DNA of 64,000 bases from Alphaproteobacteria bacterium (GCA_965221125.1 CBDCRW010000004.1:64001-128000), one strand, 5' to 3'. Shown: positions 19,170 to 29,300, counted from the first letter of the stretch. Notes: a model not told the origin generated them from the sequence alone. Program-made: numbers and translations.

Positions 19170-19199
19170 GGGGCGGGCCTTCGGGTCCGCCCCTTTTTT
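19170..19199 (+). terminator. Rho-independent terminator
   Basis: GGGGCGGGCC-TTCG-GGTCCGCCCC followed by TTTTTT. Confidence 0.88.
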
Positions 19200-19214
19200 C
19201 GGCTACTCGGCGCC

Positions 19215-20054
19215 TTACTGCAGGGCCTGCCGCGCATCGGCGATGGCGACGCGGAAATGCTCCAGCGGCAGCGCGCCGCCGATCAGGCGATCGCCGACGA
19301 CGAAGGCCGGCGTCCCGCTGATTCCGAGGGCGCTGGCAAGCGCGGCGTTCCGCTCGATCAGCCCATCCAGCGCCGGGTCTTCCATGTCGCGCGCGAGCTG
19401 CTCGGTATCGAGGCCGACGGATTGCGCGACGGAGAAGATATGGTCGCGGTCGAAGGAGCCCTCCGCTTCCATCAGCGCCCAGTGAAACGCCTCGTAGTTG
19501 CCCTGGCTCCGCGCGGCCAGCGCCGCGTAGGCCGCCATCGTCGATTCCGGACCCAGGATGGGGAACTCCTTGAACACGAGGCGCAGGTCGTCGTTCTCCG
19601 CCAGCAGGGTTTCCACGGTGGGCTTGACGCGCCGGCAGTAGCCGCAGCGATAGTCGAAGAACTCGACCAGCGTGATCGCGCCGTCGGGATTGCCGGCGAC
19701 CGGCGCCTCCGGGTCGGAGAGGAGCTCGTCGCGGTAGAGCTGAATGGCCGCGCTGGCCTGTTCGGCCTCCCGCGCGGCCCGCTTCGCCTGCAGCGCCTGC
19801 TGGGCCTCGATCAGCACCTCCGGGTGCTCGATCAGGTACTCGCGGATGATCTGTCGAATGGCGTCGACCGGCAGGTCGCTGGCCGAAGCGCCGGACGCCT
19901 CGCCGCTGTCGGCGACCTGCGTGGCAGCGCCGGGATCGCACGTGCCGTCTTCGATGCTCTCGGTATCGCAGACGACCTCCGCCTGACCGGGCGCGGCGAC
20001 GGCGAAGGCAAGGGCGAGCGCGAGCCCCGTTGCGGCGAGGGTGCGGGCGAGCAT
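19215..20054 (-). CDS. DsbA-family (Com1/ScsC-like) thiol-disulfide oxidoreductase
   Basis: Signal peptide, IREYLIEHPEV, EFFDYRCGYC, KEFPILG, GISGTPAF. Confidence 0.92.
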   Translation of the reverse strand: MLARTLAATGLALALAFAVAAPGQAEVVCDTESIEDGTCDPGAATQVADSGEASGASASDLPVDAIRQIIREYLIEHPEVLIEAQQALQAKRAAREAEQASAAIQLYRDELLSDPEAPVAGNPDGAITLVEFFDYRCGYCRRVKPTVETLLAENDDLRLVFKEFPILGPESTMAAYAALAARSQGNYEAFHWALMEAEGSFDRDHIFSVAQSVGLDTEQLARDMEDPALDGLIERNAALASALGISGTPAFVVGDRLIGGALPLEHFRVAIADARQALQ

Positions 20055-20125
20055 GTCGTGTCTCCTTGGCGTGGAATGGCTGGAGAGTACCCGCGCGCTG
20101 CCCCCGCCGCCAGCCCGCGGCGCGA

Positions 20126-21001
20126 CTACAGCCGCACGGTGCGGCGGAAACGGAAGCGCAGCGTCGCGAGGACGAGGCCGACGAACACGAGGCCCACGCC
20201 CGCGAGCCGCTGCGGCCCCAGGCTCTCGTCCAGCAGCAGAGCCGTGCTGATGAGGCCCGAGATGGGGATCACCAGGGAGAAGGGCGTCACCAGGTAGGCC
20301 GGATAGCGCCGCAGCAGGTAGCTCCACAGCATGAAGCCGAAGCAGGTGGCGATCAGGCCGAGGAAGAACAGCTCGCCGATGGTCACCCAGCCGATGTCGA
20401 CGAGCGCGGTGAACGCCGCCGCCCCGCCCTCGAAGACGTAGGAGAGCCCGAGCAGCGGCACCACGCCGATCAGGTGCGCCCAGGCGATCAGGCGAAGCAG
20501 GTCGTCGGTGCCGGCGAGCTTGACGATCATGTTGGAGCAGGCCCAGCACACCGACGCTGCGAGCACGAAGCCGAGGCCCGTGATCGTCGGCCCGCCCGGC
20601 AGCGTGAGCCCGATGATCGCGATGCCCGCGCCCGAGACGGCGATCCCCGCGTACTGGGCGCGCCCCGGCCTCTCGCCCAGGATCGCGAAGGCGAAGATCG
20701 TCGTGAAGAAGACTTGCGATTGGAGCAGCAGGGAGCTCAGCCCCGCCGGCATGCCGAACTCCATGCCGAAGATCACCAGTGACATCTGGATCGTGCCCTG
20801 GGTGAGCCCGATCCCTACGGTCCAGTACCAGGCGATGGCCGGCGGGCGGAACAGGATCAGCACCGGCAGCGCGGCGGTGGCGACACGGAGCCCGGCCATC
20901 ATGAGCGGCGGCAGCGCGTCGAGCAGCTCCCGCATGACCACGAAGGAGAAGCCCCAGAGGCCGGTCACGGCGAGAGCGAGCGCGATGTGGGGGAGGGACA
21001 T
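20126..21001 (-). CDS. EamA/DMT family transporter
   Basis: About 10 TM helices, WGFSFVV, GMPAGLSSLLLQSQVFFT, VTPFSLVIP. Confidence 0.9.
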   Translation of the reverse strand: MSLPHIALALAVTGLWGFSFVVMRELLDALPPLMMAGLRVATAALPVLILFRPPAIAWYWTVGIGLTQGTIQMSLVIFGMEFGMPAGLSSLLLQSQVFFTTIFAFAILGERPGRAQYAGIAVSGAGIAIIGLTLPGGPTITGLGFVLAASVCWACSNMIVKLAGTDDLLRLIAWAHLIGVVPLLGLSYVFEGGAAAFTALVDIGWVTIGELFFLGLIATCFGFMLWSYLLRRYPAYLVTPFSLVIPISGLISTALLLDESLGPQRLAGVGLVFVGLVLATLRFRFRRTVRL

Positions 21002-21055
21002 GGAGCAGCTGCGTCGCGGCGGGGCCAGGGGCGGCGCTCTGGCCGCACCAGGCGG

Positions 21056-22051
21056 CTAACCCGGCGCGCTCTCCCCCGGTGCCGCAGGCTCGGGGCGGCG
21101 CTGGATGACGAAGATCACGCCCAGCATGAGGCAGACCAGCGCGAGCCAGACCCAGTGGCTGTGGGTCTCGCCGAAGAACAGGAAACCCCAGCCGATCCCC
21201 GCGAGGGCCACGATGAAGTTCACCGTCGAGAAGAAGACCGGCCCCAGAAAGCGGATCAGCTCGACGAAGAGGTAGATGCCGAGGGTCTGCACGAACGTGG
21301 CCGTGATCAGCGCCCAGTCGCCGGCATCCATCCTGCCGTCGAACCACCACCACCCGTCGGTCAGCGCCACCAGCGCCAGGATGGGGAGCGTGCCGAAGAA
21401 GAAGTAGCCGAAGGCGAAGTGCAGCGATTCGGTCGCCGGCGGGCGCATCAGCGCGGTGGCGAGGCTGGTCGTCGCATAGCCGATCGGCAGCAGCAGCGTG
21501 AGCAGGATCCAGGGCACCAGCTCGCGCGAGGGCAGGCTGGTCTCCGGCACGACCAGCAGGGCGACGCCGACGATGCCGACGCCGAGGCCGAGCACCCGCG
21601 GCCACCAGATTTTTTCCAGCCGGAAGGCGACCGCGCCCGCGTAGGTCAGGATGGGCGCGAGCACCACGAGCATGCTGATGATGCCGGCGGGCACGCCCTC
21701 GCCGCTGACGTAGCCCACCGTGAGGTAGGGCACGCCCTGCCCGCTGATGCCGGCGACCGCGTACGACGCAATGTGTCGCAAGCTGAGCGGCGGCAGGCTC
21801 CCCTGGCCGAGCGAGAGCAGCAGGGCCGCAGCGGCGCCGCCCATGCCCATGAGAAGGACGAAGCTGGTGAACGGGATGCCGTTCGCGATGCCGACGCCGG
21901 TCAGCGAATAGCTCAGCCCGTAGAGAACGCCGGTGAGGAAGAGCAGCGCGACCGCAATCCAGAACCCGGCCGGCCGCGCGGCCCAGCGCCGGGCACGGCC
22001 CGAGCGAACGGCGGAGAAGTCGCTTGAGGAGGATGGCTCCTGGTGTGCCAA
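21056..22051 (-). CDS. DMT family transporter
   Basis: About 10 TM helices in two repeats, RFLGPVFFSTVNF; start uncertain (TTG 22051 assumed). Confidence 0.8.
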   Translation of the reverse strand: MAHQEPSSSSDFSAVRSGRARRWAARPAGFWIAVALLFLTGVLYGLSYSLTGVGIANGIPFTSFVLLMGMGGAAAALLLSLGQGSLPPLSLRHIASYAVAGISGQGVPYLTVGYVSGEGVPAGIISMLVVLAPILTYAGAVAFRLEKIWWPRVLGLGVGIVGVALLVVPETSLPSRELVPWILLTLLLPIGYATTSLATALMRPPATESLHFAFGYFFFGTLPILALVALTDGWWWFDGRMDAGDWALITATFVQTLGIYLFVELIRFLGPVFFSTVNFIVALAGIGWGFLFFGETHSHWVWLALVCLMLGVIFVIQRRPEPAAPGESAPG

Positions 22052-22089
22052 GGGATGCGGGCCGGACGGCCGGCGCCGCCGCTGGAGCG

Positions 22090-22368
22090 TCAGGCCGGGT
22101 CTTCGCCGTCCCCGCTGGCCTTCTGCCACCGCCTCATCACCGGCCCGATCACCATCTTGAAGATGCCGCCCGCCAGGACGAAGACCGTGACGTAGATGAA
22201 GAGAACGCCGGCAATGCCGTATCCGTCTTCCGCGGGAAGAAGCTCCGCGTTCACCATCAGGAAGGCGGTGACGACACAGAAGATCAGCGCCGCCAGCAGC
22301 GCGGGCCCTTCGCCGGAGCGCCAAAGCCGGCGCAGTCCGCGCATTCGATGGTTGTCCAGAATAGCCAC
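22090..22368 (-). CDS. Small two-TM hypothetical protein
   Basis: Two hydrophobic segments, co-oriented with neighbours, fills the gap between them. Confidence 0.55.
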   Translation of the reverse strand: MAILDNHRMRGLRRLWRSGEGPALLAALIFCVVTAFLMVNAELLPAEDGYGIAGVLFIYVTVFVLAGGIFKMVIGPVMRRWQKASGDGEDPA

Positions 22369-22491
22369 GGCCGTTCCCCGTCAGTTATCGCCCGGCATGT
22401 TAGCCGAAGTCGCCCGCCGGGCAAGCCTTTCCTGTCCCCGGAAGGGCGAATAAGCGCCATGTTCCGGGCGATCGAGTCGCCGGAAACACCC

Positions 22492-23547
22492 TCATGCGGA
22501 GAGGCGCGCGTCTGCCGCCTGCTCCAGCAGGCCGGCTCGCGCCGCAAGCTCCATCGCCCGGGGAACTTCCACGGTGAGCGGGCCATCGGGATCCAGCACC
22601 ACGCCCACCCGGTCCGCGGGCCCGAAAGCGATCTCTCGCTCGCCGTCGAGCGCCACCACGCCACGCCGAAGCCGGATGGGGTGGGCCACGCCGGCCTCAA
22701 GGTCGAACACGCGCTCCACCCCGATATCCGCCATCAGCCCCGGCGCCAGCGGGGCCGAGACCATCCGCGCGGCACCCGGCGCAGATCCCAGATCGAGGGC
22801 GACGCCGCCCGCCGCGTCGCGCGAGACCGGGCGCACGAGCCCCGCGATGGAGGAAAGGCCGATGGCGTCGGCCTCGGCGAAGGTCACGAACAGTTGGTCG
22901 AGGGCTTCGGCCCGCCACAGCGCCTTCGCCCCGGTCCACGCCGCTCCGCTCACGCACACGTCGACGAGCGCCATGTCGCGCGGCGCGCCGTTGACCGTGA
23001 TCCGCAACACCTTGTTGCGGCGCGACGCCTCCTCGCGCGGCAGCGCGCCGGTCGCCACCAGCCCGGCCGCGAGGCCCGCGATGGTCGCTTCGCGCATCAT
23101 GGGGAAGACGTTGTTGGTGCCCGTGGAAAGCGAGGTCAGCGGCACGCCGTCGCAGGCCTGGGCGACCAGCCGGTTGGTGCCGTCGCCGCCCAGCACCATG
23201 ATCCCGCCGACGCCGCGCTCCACCATCCGCGCGGTGCCCTCGAGCGTATCGGCCGGCGACTCCTCGATCGGCATGTCGAGAAACGCGACCTCCGGCCACA
23301 CCTGGCCCTCCGGCGGGCCGTGGCCGATGGCGCGCTTCACCCGGTCGGCGATGCCGCTCTCGTCGGGGATCATGTAGCAGGTGCTCACGCCGACCGCGCC
23401 GAGGGCCGAGAAGATGCGCGTGATCATGTTGCGCTTCTCGGCGATCGGGAACACCGATGCCTGGGCGACGAGGCGCCTGATATCGCGGCCGGCGGCCGGG
23501 TTGGCGATGATGCCGACGGACGCGCTGTCTGAGATTTCTCTTGCCAT
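22492..23547 (-). CDS. AcoX-like ATP-NAD kinase family protein
   Basis: VGIIANPAAGRDIRRLVA, GGDGT, STGTNNVFP, ALDGERE; GGAGG SD. Confidence 0.85.
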   Translation of the reverse strand: MAREISDSASVGIIANPAAGRDIRRLVAQASVFPIAEKRNMITRIFSALGAVGVSTCYMIPDESGIADRVKRAIGHGPPEGQVWPEVAFLDMPIEESPADTLEGTARMVERGVGGIMVLGGDGTNRLVAQACDGVPLTSLSTGTNNVFPMMREATIAGLAAGLVATGALPREEASRRNKVLRITVNGAPRDMALVDVCVSGAAWTGAKALWRAEALDQLFVTFAEADAIGLSSIAGLVRPVSRDAAGGVALDLGSAPGAARMVSAPLAPGLMADIGVERVFDLEAGVAHPIRLRRGVVALDGEREIAFGPADRVGVVLDPDGPLTVEVPRAMELAARAGLLEQAADARLSA

Positions 23548-23699
23548 AATCCCTCCGCGAGGGCTTATAGCCCGGCCGGCGGTGCGGCGCTATGTGTCTC
23601 TCGCCATTGCCCAAAGTTGTGACCGTCGCAGCCGCTTCGTGTAGAAACGGCAGGCCATGCGGGGTGAACCGTTCGGCGCACGGAGAAAGTCGAAGCAAC

Positions 23700-24113
23700 A
23701 TGAATCGGCCAGGCCCGGCGAACTTGCGCGTCTACGGCGTGCTGCTGCGCGCAGGCCGGGTGCTGATCGCGGCGGAAGAGGTGGGCGGCCGCGACGTGCT
23801 CAAGCTGCCCGGCGGCGCGGTCGAGGCCGGCGAGACGCCGGAGCAGGCGCTGAAGCGCGAGTTCATGGAGGAGGGGAACCTGAGCATCGAGCCGACCCGC
23901 CTGCTGCACGCGCCGGGCACTCTCTACAGCCACTGGATTCACGGACTCTACACGCCCATGTACTACGCGGTTCAGGGGGACGGCGAGCCGGCGACGCCGG
24001 CGGACGAGCCGGTCGAGCTGCTGTTCATGCGGCCCGAAGAGGCGGTCGCGAGCGGGCGCATGGCCCGGCCGGAGATCGTCGCCATAGACCGCGCGCTGGT
24101 GGCCGCCCGATGA
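23700..24113 (+). CDS. Nudix hydrolase
   Basis: Nudix box PGGAVEAGETPEQALKREFMEEGNL. Confidence 0.9.
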   Translation: MNRPGPANLRVYGVLLRAGRVLIAAEEVGGRDVLKLPGGAVEAGETPEQALKREFMEEGNLSIEPTRLLHAPGTLYSHWIHGLYTPMYYAVQGDGEPATPADEPVELLFMRPEEAVASGRMARPEIVAIDRALVAAR

Positions 24114-25282
24114 CGATGCGCTGGGAGAGCGGTTCGATGCTCGAGCGCCGAGGCCAAAACCGCTCTCGGCACGGCCTTCGGGGTCTTGCCGGCGTGGCCG
24201 CCGCCGCCGCGCTCTGGCTCGGCGCAGGCGCGCCCGATGGGGCCGCCCAGCAGCCGCCTGCCGTGGTCTCCGTCGACGAGGTGCGGATGGAGGCGATGGC
24301 GCAGACCGTGCCGGTGATCGGGCGCCTGGTCGCCCGGCGGTCGGGCGAGGTCGCGGCCCGCACTGCCGGCCCGGTTGCGGCGCTTCATGTCGAGGTGGGC
24401 GACCGCGTGGAGACGGGCGATGCCATCGCCGTTCTCGACACGGTCCGCCTTCGTGCCGAGCGCGACCGCCTGGCGGCGATCGTCAACCAGGCGCAGGCGC
24501 AGCTCGAGCGCATGACCGCCCAGGCGGCCCTTCACCGCCAGGAGCTGCGCCGTCTCGAAGGGCTCCGCGATTCGGCCGCGTTCAGCCAGGGCCGCTACGA
24601 GGACGCCAAGCAGGAGGTGATCATCGCCGAGAGCGCCATCGGTACGGCCGACGCCACCCGCGTGAGCGCAGCCGCGAGCCTCTCGCTCGCCCAGATCGAC
24701 CTCTCCTGGGCCACCATCCAGGCTCCCTATCCCGGCGTCATCACCAAAGTTCACACCGAGGTCGGCGCCTGGCTCGCCGTCGGCCAGCCGGTGGTGTCCC
24801 TGCTCAACGACCTCGATCTCGAGGTCGAAGCCGACGTGCCATCGAGCCGCGTCGCGGCGTTGATCGACGGCACGGCGGTGGCGCTCGTCCTCGACGACGG
24901 CAGCGAGCACATGGCGGCCGTGCGCACGGTCGTGCCGGAGGAAAACGCGCTCACCCGCACGCGCCAGGTCCGCTTCACGCCGCACTTCGGGCCGGTGAGC
25001 AAGCCGCTCGCGGTCAACCAGTCGGCGACGGTGCTGATCCCGGCCGGGGCGGAGCGGCAGGTGCTCACCGTGCACAAGGACGCCATCGTCCGCAATCAGG
25101 GGCAGGCGTTCGTCTATGTCGCCTCGGAGGGCACGGCGCAGATCCGCCCGGTGCAGCTTGGCGCGGCCGTGGGCGGCCGCTTCGAGGTCCTGGGCGGCCT
25201 CGGCCCCGGCGAGCCGGTCGTGGTGCGCGGCAACGAGCGCCTGCAGCCCGGCCAGGCCATCACCGTCGCCGGGGCCGGCTAG
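24110..25282 (+). CDS. RND efflux periplasmic adaptor (MFP)
   Basis: VEVGDRVETGD lipoyl half, coiled coil, IQAPYPGVI, VVVRGNERLQPG; ATGA overlap with the Nudix gene. Confidence 0.92.
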   Translation: MTMRWESGSMLERRGQNRSRHGLRGLAGVAAAAALWLGAGAPDGAAQQPPAVVSVDEVRMEAMAQTVPVIGRLVARRSGEVAARTAGPVAALHVEVGDRVETGDAIAVLDTVRLRAERDRLAAIVNQAQAQLERMTAQAALHRQELRRLEGLRDSAAFSQGRYEDAKQEVIIAESAIGTADATRVSAAASLSLAQIDLSWATIQAPYPGVITKVHTEVGAWLAVGQPVVSLLNDLDLEVEADVPSSRVAALIDGTAVALVLDDGSEHMAAVRTVVPEENALTRTRQVRFTPHFGPVSKPLAVNQSATVLIPAGAERQVLTVHKDAIVRNQGQAFVYVASEGTAQIRPVQLGAAVGGRFEVLGGLGPGEPVVVRGNERLQPGQAITVAGAG

Positions 25283-25297
25283 GGCAGCGTCTCGGCC

Positions 25298-28200
25298 ATG
25301 AACCTGATAAGGCTGGCCATCGACCGGCCGATCGCGGTGGTCGCCGCGATCCTGATGGTGGTCATGTTCGGCCTCGTCGCGCTGCAGACCATCCCGATCC
25401 AGCTCACGCCCGACGTCCGCAAGCCGCTGCTCACGGTCGAGACCTACTGGCCGGGCGCCGCGCCCGCCGAGGTCGAGCGCGAGATCATCACGCAGCAGGA
25501 GGAGGTGTTCAAAGGCCTCGAAGGGCTGAACCGCATGGTCGGCTCGGCCGACGACGGCGTCGGCGAGATCGAGCTGGAGTTCGCCGTCGGCACCGACATG
25601 GACCGCTCGCTCGTGCTCGTGGCCAACCGCCTGGATCGCGTGCCCGACCAGCCGAGCGACGCCGCCGAGCCCGTCATCAGCGCCGCCGGCTCCGAGGACC
25701 AGCCCATCGCCTGGTTCATCCTCTCGCGCGAGCCCGGCAACGACCGCCCCATCCACACCTACGGTGACTTCGTGGAAGACGTGATCCAGGAGCGCCTGGA
25801 GCGCGTGCCGGGCGTGGCCCGCGTGAACATGTTCGGCGGCACCACGCGGGAGCTTCGCATCACGGTCGATCCCGAGCGCATGGCCCGCTACGGCCTCACC
25901 GTGACCGAGATCGCGGACGCGCTCAGGCGGTCCAACGCCTCGATCTCGGCTGGCGACATCGACGAGGGCAAGCGCCGCTACGTGGTCCGCACCGACGGCG
26001 AGCTCAACACGCCGGAGCGCGTCGCCGGCGTCGTGCTGCGCTCCGACAGCGACCCCCTCTCCGGCCGGGTCGGCCGCGTCACCATGGGCGACATCGCCAC
26101 CATCGCCTACCGCCACAAGGAGCCCGTCGCCCGCATTCGCCAGCTCGGCGAGCCGGCGCTCGCCGTCAACGCGGTGCGCGAGACCGGCGCCAACGTGATC
26201 GAGACCATGGAGAGCGTGAAGCAGGCGGTGGCGGAGCTCAACGCCGGCGCCATTCCGCAAGCCGGGCTCGTCTTCGAGCAGGTCTACGACGAGACCGTCT
26301 ACATCAACTCCGCCATCGACCTGGTGCAGCAGAACATCTTTGTCGGCGGCGCGCTGGCGGCGCTGATCCTGCTGCTGTTCCTGCGCTCCTTCTCGGCCAC
26401 CCTCATCGTCTCGATCGCGATTCCCGTCTCGGTCGTGGGCTCGTTCGTCGCGATGGCGATTCTCGGGCGCTCGATCAACGTGATCTCGCTGGCGGGCCTC
26501 GCATTCGCCGTCGGCATGGTGGTGGACGCGGCCATCGTGGTGCTGGAGAACATCTACCGCCTGCGCCAGAGCGGCTACGGGCGGCTGCAGGCCGCCTACC
26601 ACGGCGCGCGGCAGGTGTGGGGCGCGGTGTTCGTCTCGGCCGCGACCACGGTGCTCGTCTTCGTGCCGATCCTGGTGATGGAGCTGGAAGCCGGCCAGCT
26701 GTTCCGCGACATCGCCGTCGCGATCTCTGTTTCCGTCGTCCTTTCCCTTATCGTGGCGAGCACCGTGATCCCCTCGCTCGCGAGCCGGATCCTCGGGCGC
26801 AGGCGCAGGCGCGACCCCGGCGCCTCCGCAGCGCTCGCCGCCCGGGAGGAAGCGCCCTACCGGCTCCGCCTTCCCGTCATCGACGATGCCGCGGCGTTCT
26901 TCGTCCGCATCATCCTGGGCTTCACCGGCTGGGTGGTGCGCCGCCGCGCGCGCGCCGCGGCCGTGGCGGTCGTGGTCTGCGGTGGTGCGCTCTTCGTGTC
27001 GTGGCTGCTGCTGCCCCGGCTCGACTACTTGCCCACCGGCAACCGCAACCTCGTGTTCGGCGTCCTGCTGCCGCCGCCCGGCTACAACCTCGAGACCACC
27101 ATGGGCATCGCGCGCTCGGTCGAGGATGCCGTGAAGCCTCTCTGGCAATCGGAGACGGGACCAGTCGCAGCACCCGGCGAGCCGCCGAAGATGGAACGCT
27201 TCTTCTTCGTGACCTTCCGCGACCAGGCCTTCGTCGGCGCGGTCGCGGTCGAGGCCGACCGGGCCGGCGAGCTGATCGATCCCATCCGCCGGCCGGTGTT
27301 CTTCGAGCCAGGCACCTTCGGCTTCGTGAGCCAGGCCTCGCTCTTCGGCCGCGGGATCGGCGGCGGGCGCAAGATCGACGTCGACATCTCCGGCCCGGAT
27401 CTCGAGACCGTGCTCGGCATCGCGCTGCAGGCGACCGGCCTCGTCGCCCAGGCGCTCCCCTTCGACCAGGGCAACCAGTTCCGCCCCAAGCCCGGCCTCG
27501 AGCTTGGTGCGCCCGAGGTGCGCCTCCTCCCCGACCCCGTCAAGCTCGGCGACAACGGGGTCTCCGCGCGCGAGTTCGGCGCCACCATCGAGGCCTACAA
27601 CGACGGCCTCAAGGTCGACGAGGTGACCATCGACGCCAAGCGCTACGATCTGGTACTGGCGGGGCCGGACGCCAACGTCGACCGCACCCAGGGCATCGAG
27701 AGCCTGCCGGTGGTGACGAGGGCGGGCGCCACGGTGCCCGCAAGCTCGCTCGCCGACATCGTGGTGACCGCGGGCCCGACCAAGATCCGCCATGTCGAGC
27801 GCGAGCGCACGATCACGCTGGAGATCCGCCCCGCCGCGGACATTCCGCTGGAAATCGCGTTGGAGAGGCTGGAGACCGGCGTCGTGCAGGCGCTGGAGGG
27901 CCGCGGGCTGCCGCCGGGGGTGAAGATCAGGCTCTCCGGCACCGCCGACGACCTGGAGGCGACGTGGGATGCGATGGCGATCAATCTCGTGGTCGCCATC
28001 GCCATCGTCTACCTCATCATGGCCGTGCTGTTCGAGAGCTTCATCTATCCCTTCGTCATCATGCTCTCGGTGCCGCTGGCGGCCGCAGGCGGCGTGCTCG
28101 GGCTTGCGGCGGTCAACACCTACACCTTCCAGCCGCTCGACATGCTGACCCTGCTCGGCTTCGTCATCCTGGTCGGCATCGTCGTCAACAACGCGATTCT

Positions 28201-28537
28201 GCTCGTCCACCAGACCCTCTACCACATGCGCGAAGAGCAGATGGCGGTGGCCGACGCGATCACGACGGCGACCAGGAACCGCATCCGGCCGATCTTCATG
28301 TCGACGCTGACCAGCGTGTTCGGGATGCTGCCGCTGGTGCTCTTCCCCGGCGCGGGCTCGGAGCTTTACCGCGGGCTCGGCTCCGTCGTGATCGGCGGGC
28401 TTGCGCTCTCCGCCGTTCTCACGCTTCTGATCGTCCCGCCGCTGCTGGCGGTGGTGGCGACCCGCCAGCAGGGCAGGCGCGAACGGCTGAGCACTGCCCT
28501 GGACGGCCCCTCGCTCGGCGGCACCGGCGCGGAATGA
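25298..28537 (+). CDS. RND efflux permease (AcrB/D/F superfamily)
   Basis: 1079 aa; GMVVDAAIVVLENI, GIVVNNAILLV, RIRPIFMSTLT. Confidence 0.96.
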   Translation: MNLIRLAIDRPIAVVAAILMVVMFGLVALQTIPIQLTPDVRKPLLTVETYWPGAAPAEVEREIITQQEEVFKGLEGLNRMVGSADDGVGEIELEFAVGTDMDRSLVLVANRLDRVPDQPSDAAEPVISAAGSEDQPIAWFILSREPGNDRPIHTYGDFVEDVIQERLERVPGVARVNMFGGTTRELRITVDPERMARYGLTVTEIADALRRSNASISAGDIDEGKRRYVVRTDGELNTPERVAGVVLRSDSDPLSGRVGRVTMGDIATIAYRHKEPVARIRQLGEPALAVNAVRETGANVIETMESVKQAVAELNAGAIPQAGLVFEQVYDETVYINSAIDLVQQNIFVGGALAALILLLFLRSFSATLIVSIAIPVSVVGSFVAMAILGRSINVISLAGLAFAVGMVVDAAIVVLENIYRLRQSGYGRLQAAYHGARQVWGAVFVSAATTVLVFVPILVMELEAGQLFRDIAVAISVSVVLSLIVASTVIPSLASRILGRRRRRDPGASAALAAREEAPYRLRLPVIDDAAAFFVRIILGFTGWVVRRRARAAAVAVVVCGGALFVSWLLLPRLDYLPTGNRNLVFGVLLPPPGYNLETTMGIARSVEDAVKPLWQSETGPVAAPGEPPKMERFFFVTFRDQAFVGAVAVEADRAGELIDPIRRPVFFEPGTFGFVSQASLFGRGIGGGRKIDVDISGPDLETVLGIALQATGLVAQALPFDQGNQFRPKPGLELGAPEVRLLPDPVKLGDNGVSAREFGATIEAYNDGLKVDEVTIDAKRYDLVLAGPDANVDRTQGIESLPVVTRAGATVPASSLADIVVTAGPTKIRHVERERTITLEIRPAADIPLEIALERLETGVVQALEGRGLPPGVKIRLSGTADDLEATWDAMAINLVVAIAIVYLIMAVLFESFIYPFVIMLSVPLAAAGGVLGLAAVNTYTFQPLDMLTLLGFVILVGIVVNNAILLVHQTLYHMREEQMAVADAITTATRNRIRPIFMSTLTSVFGMLPLVLFPGAGSELYRGLGSVVIGGLALSAVLTLLIVPPLLAVVATRQQGRRERLSTALDGPSLGGTGAE

Positions 28538-29283
28538 GGCTGCAGGACGCACCGCCGCTTCATCCGTGGGATCTGTCGCCGGCCGAGGCGATCGCGCTGC
28601 AGAAGACGCTGGCCGGCACCGTGGTGCGCTCGGACCGGCTGGGGTCCGGCGGCCGCCGCGCCATCGGGCGGGTGGTAGGCGTCGACGCCGCCTTCGCCGA
28701 CGGCGGCAAGGTCATCAGGGCGGCGGCGGTGATGCTGTCCTACCCCGGACTGGAACCGATCGACGAGGTACTGATCGAGCGCCCGACGACCTTCCCCTAC
28801 GTGCCGGGGCTGCTCTCCTTCCGCGAAGTGCCCGCTCTGCTGGAGGCTCTGTCCGGGCTCACTGCGGCGCCGGACCTGATCCTCTGCGACGGTCACGGCT
28901 ACGCCCATCCGCGCCGCTTCGGGCTCGCCTGCCATCTGGGCCTCTGGCTGGATACGCCCGCCATCGGGGTCGCGAAGTCGCGGCTCACCGGCACCCACGA
29001 CGAGCCCGGTCCGGCGAAGGGCGATGTCGCATGGCTCCTCGCCGGCAAGGGCGAGAAGCCCCGTGAGCGCCTCGGCGCCGTCCTTCGCACTCGCGCGCGG
29101 GTGAAGCCCGTCTACGTTTCGGCCGGCCACCGCATTTCGCTCAGGACCGCGCTGGCGCTGACCCTCGCCTGCACGACGCACTATCGCCTGCCCGAGCCGA
29201 CGCGCCTCGCCGACAAGCTCTCGAAGGCCCGCCGGGCCGGGGGTAATGGGATGGAGGCCTTCTCGCGCCTACTCGGTGCCTGA
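28534..29283 (+). CDS. nfi: Endonuclease V (deoxyinosine 3' endonuclease)
   Basis: VVGVDAAF, FPYVPGLLSFRE, DGHGYAHPRRFGLA, IGVAKSRL, YRLPEPTRLAD; ATG 28534. Confidence 0.95.
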   Translation: MRLQDAPPLHPWDLSPAEAIALQKTLAGTVVRSDRLGSGGRRAIGRVVGVDAAFADGGKVIRAAAVMLSYPGLEPIDEVLIERPTTFPYVPGLLSFREVPALLEALSGLTAAPDLILCDGHGYAHPRRFGLACHLGLWLDTPAIGVAKSRLTGTHDEPGPAKGDVAWLLAGKGEKPRERLGAVLRTRARVKPVYVSAGHRISLRTALALTLACTTHYRLPEPTRLADKLSKARRAGGNGMEAFSRLLGA

Positions 29284-29300
29284 GTTGGCGGCGGCCTGAC

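Noticed and set aside
23972-28552. 1526-aa minus-strand ORF, and many other long alternative-frame ORFs (e.g. 3331-5508, 13981-16131, 58370-60364)
   Set aside because: Antisense or frame shadows of clear genes; stop codons are scarce at this GC content and the translations have no recognisable motifs.
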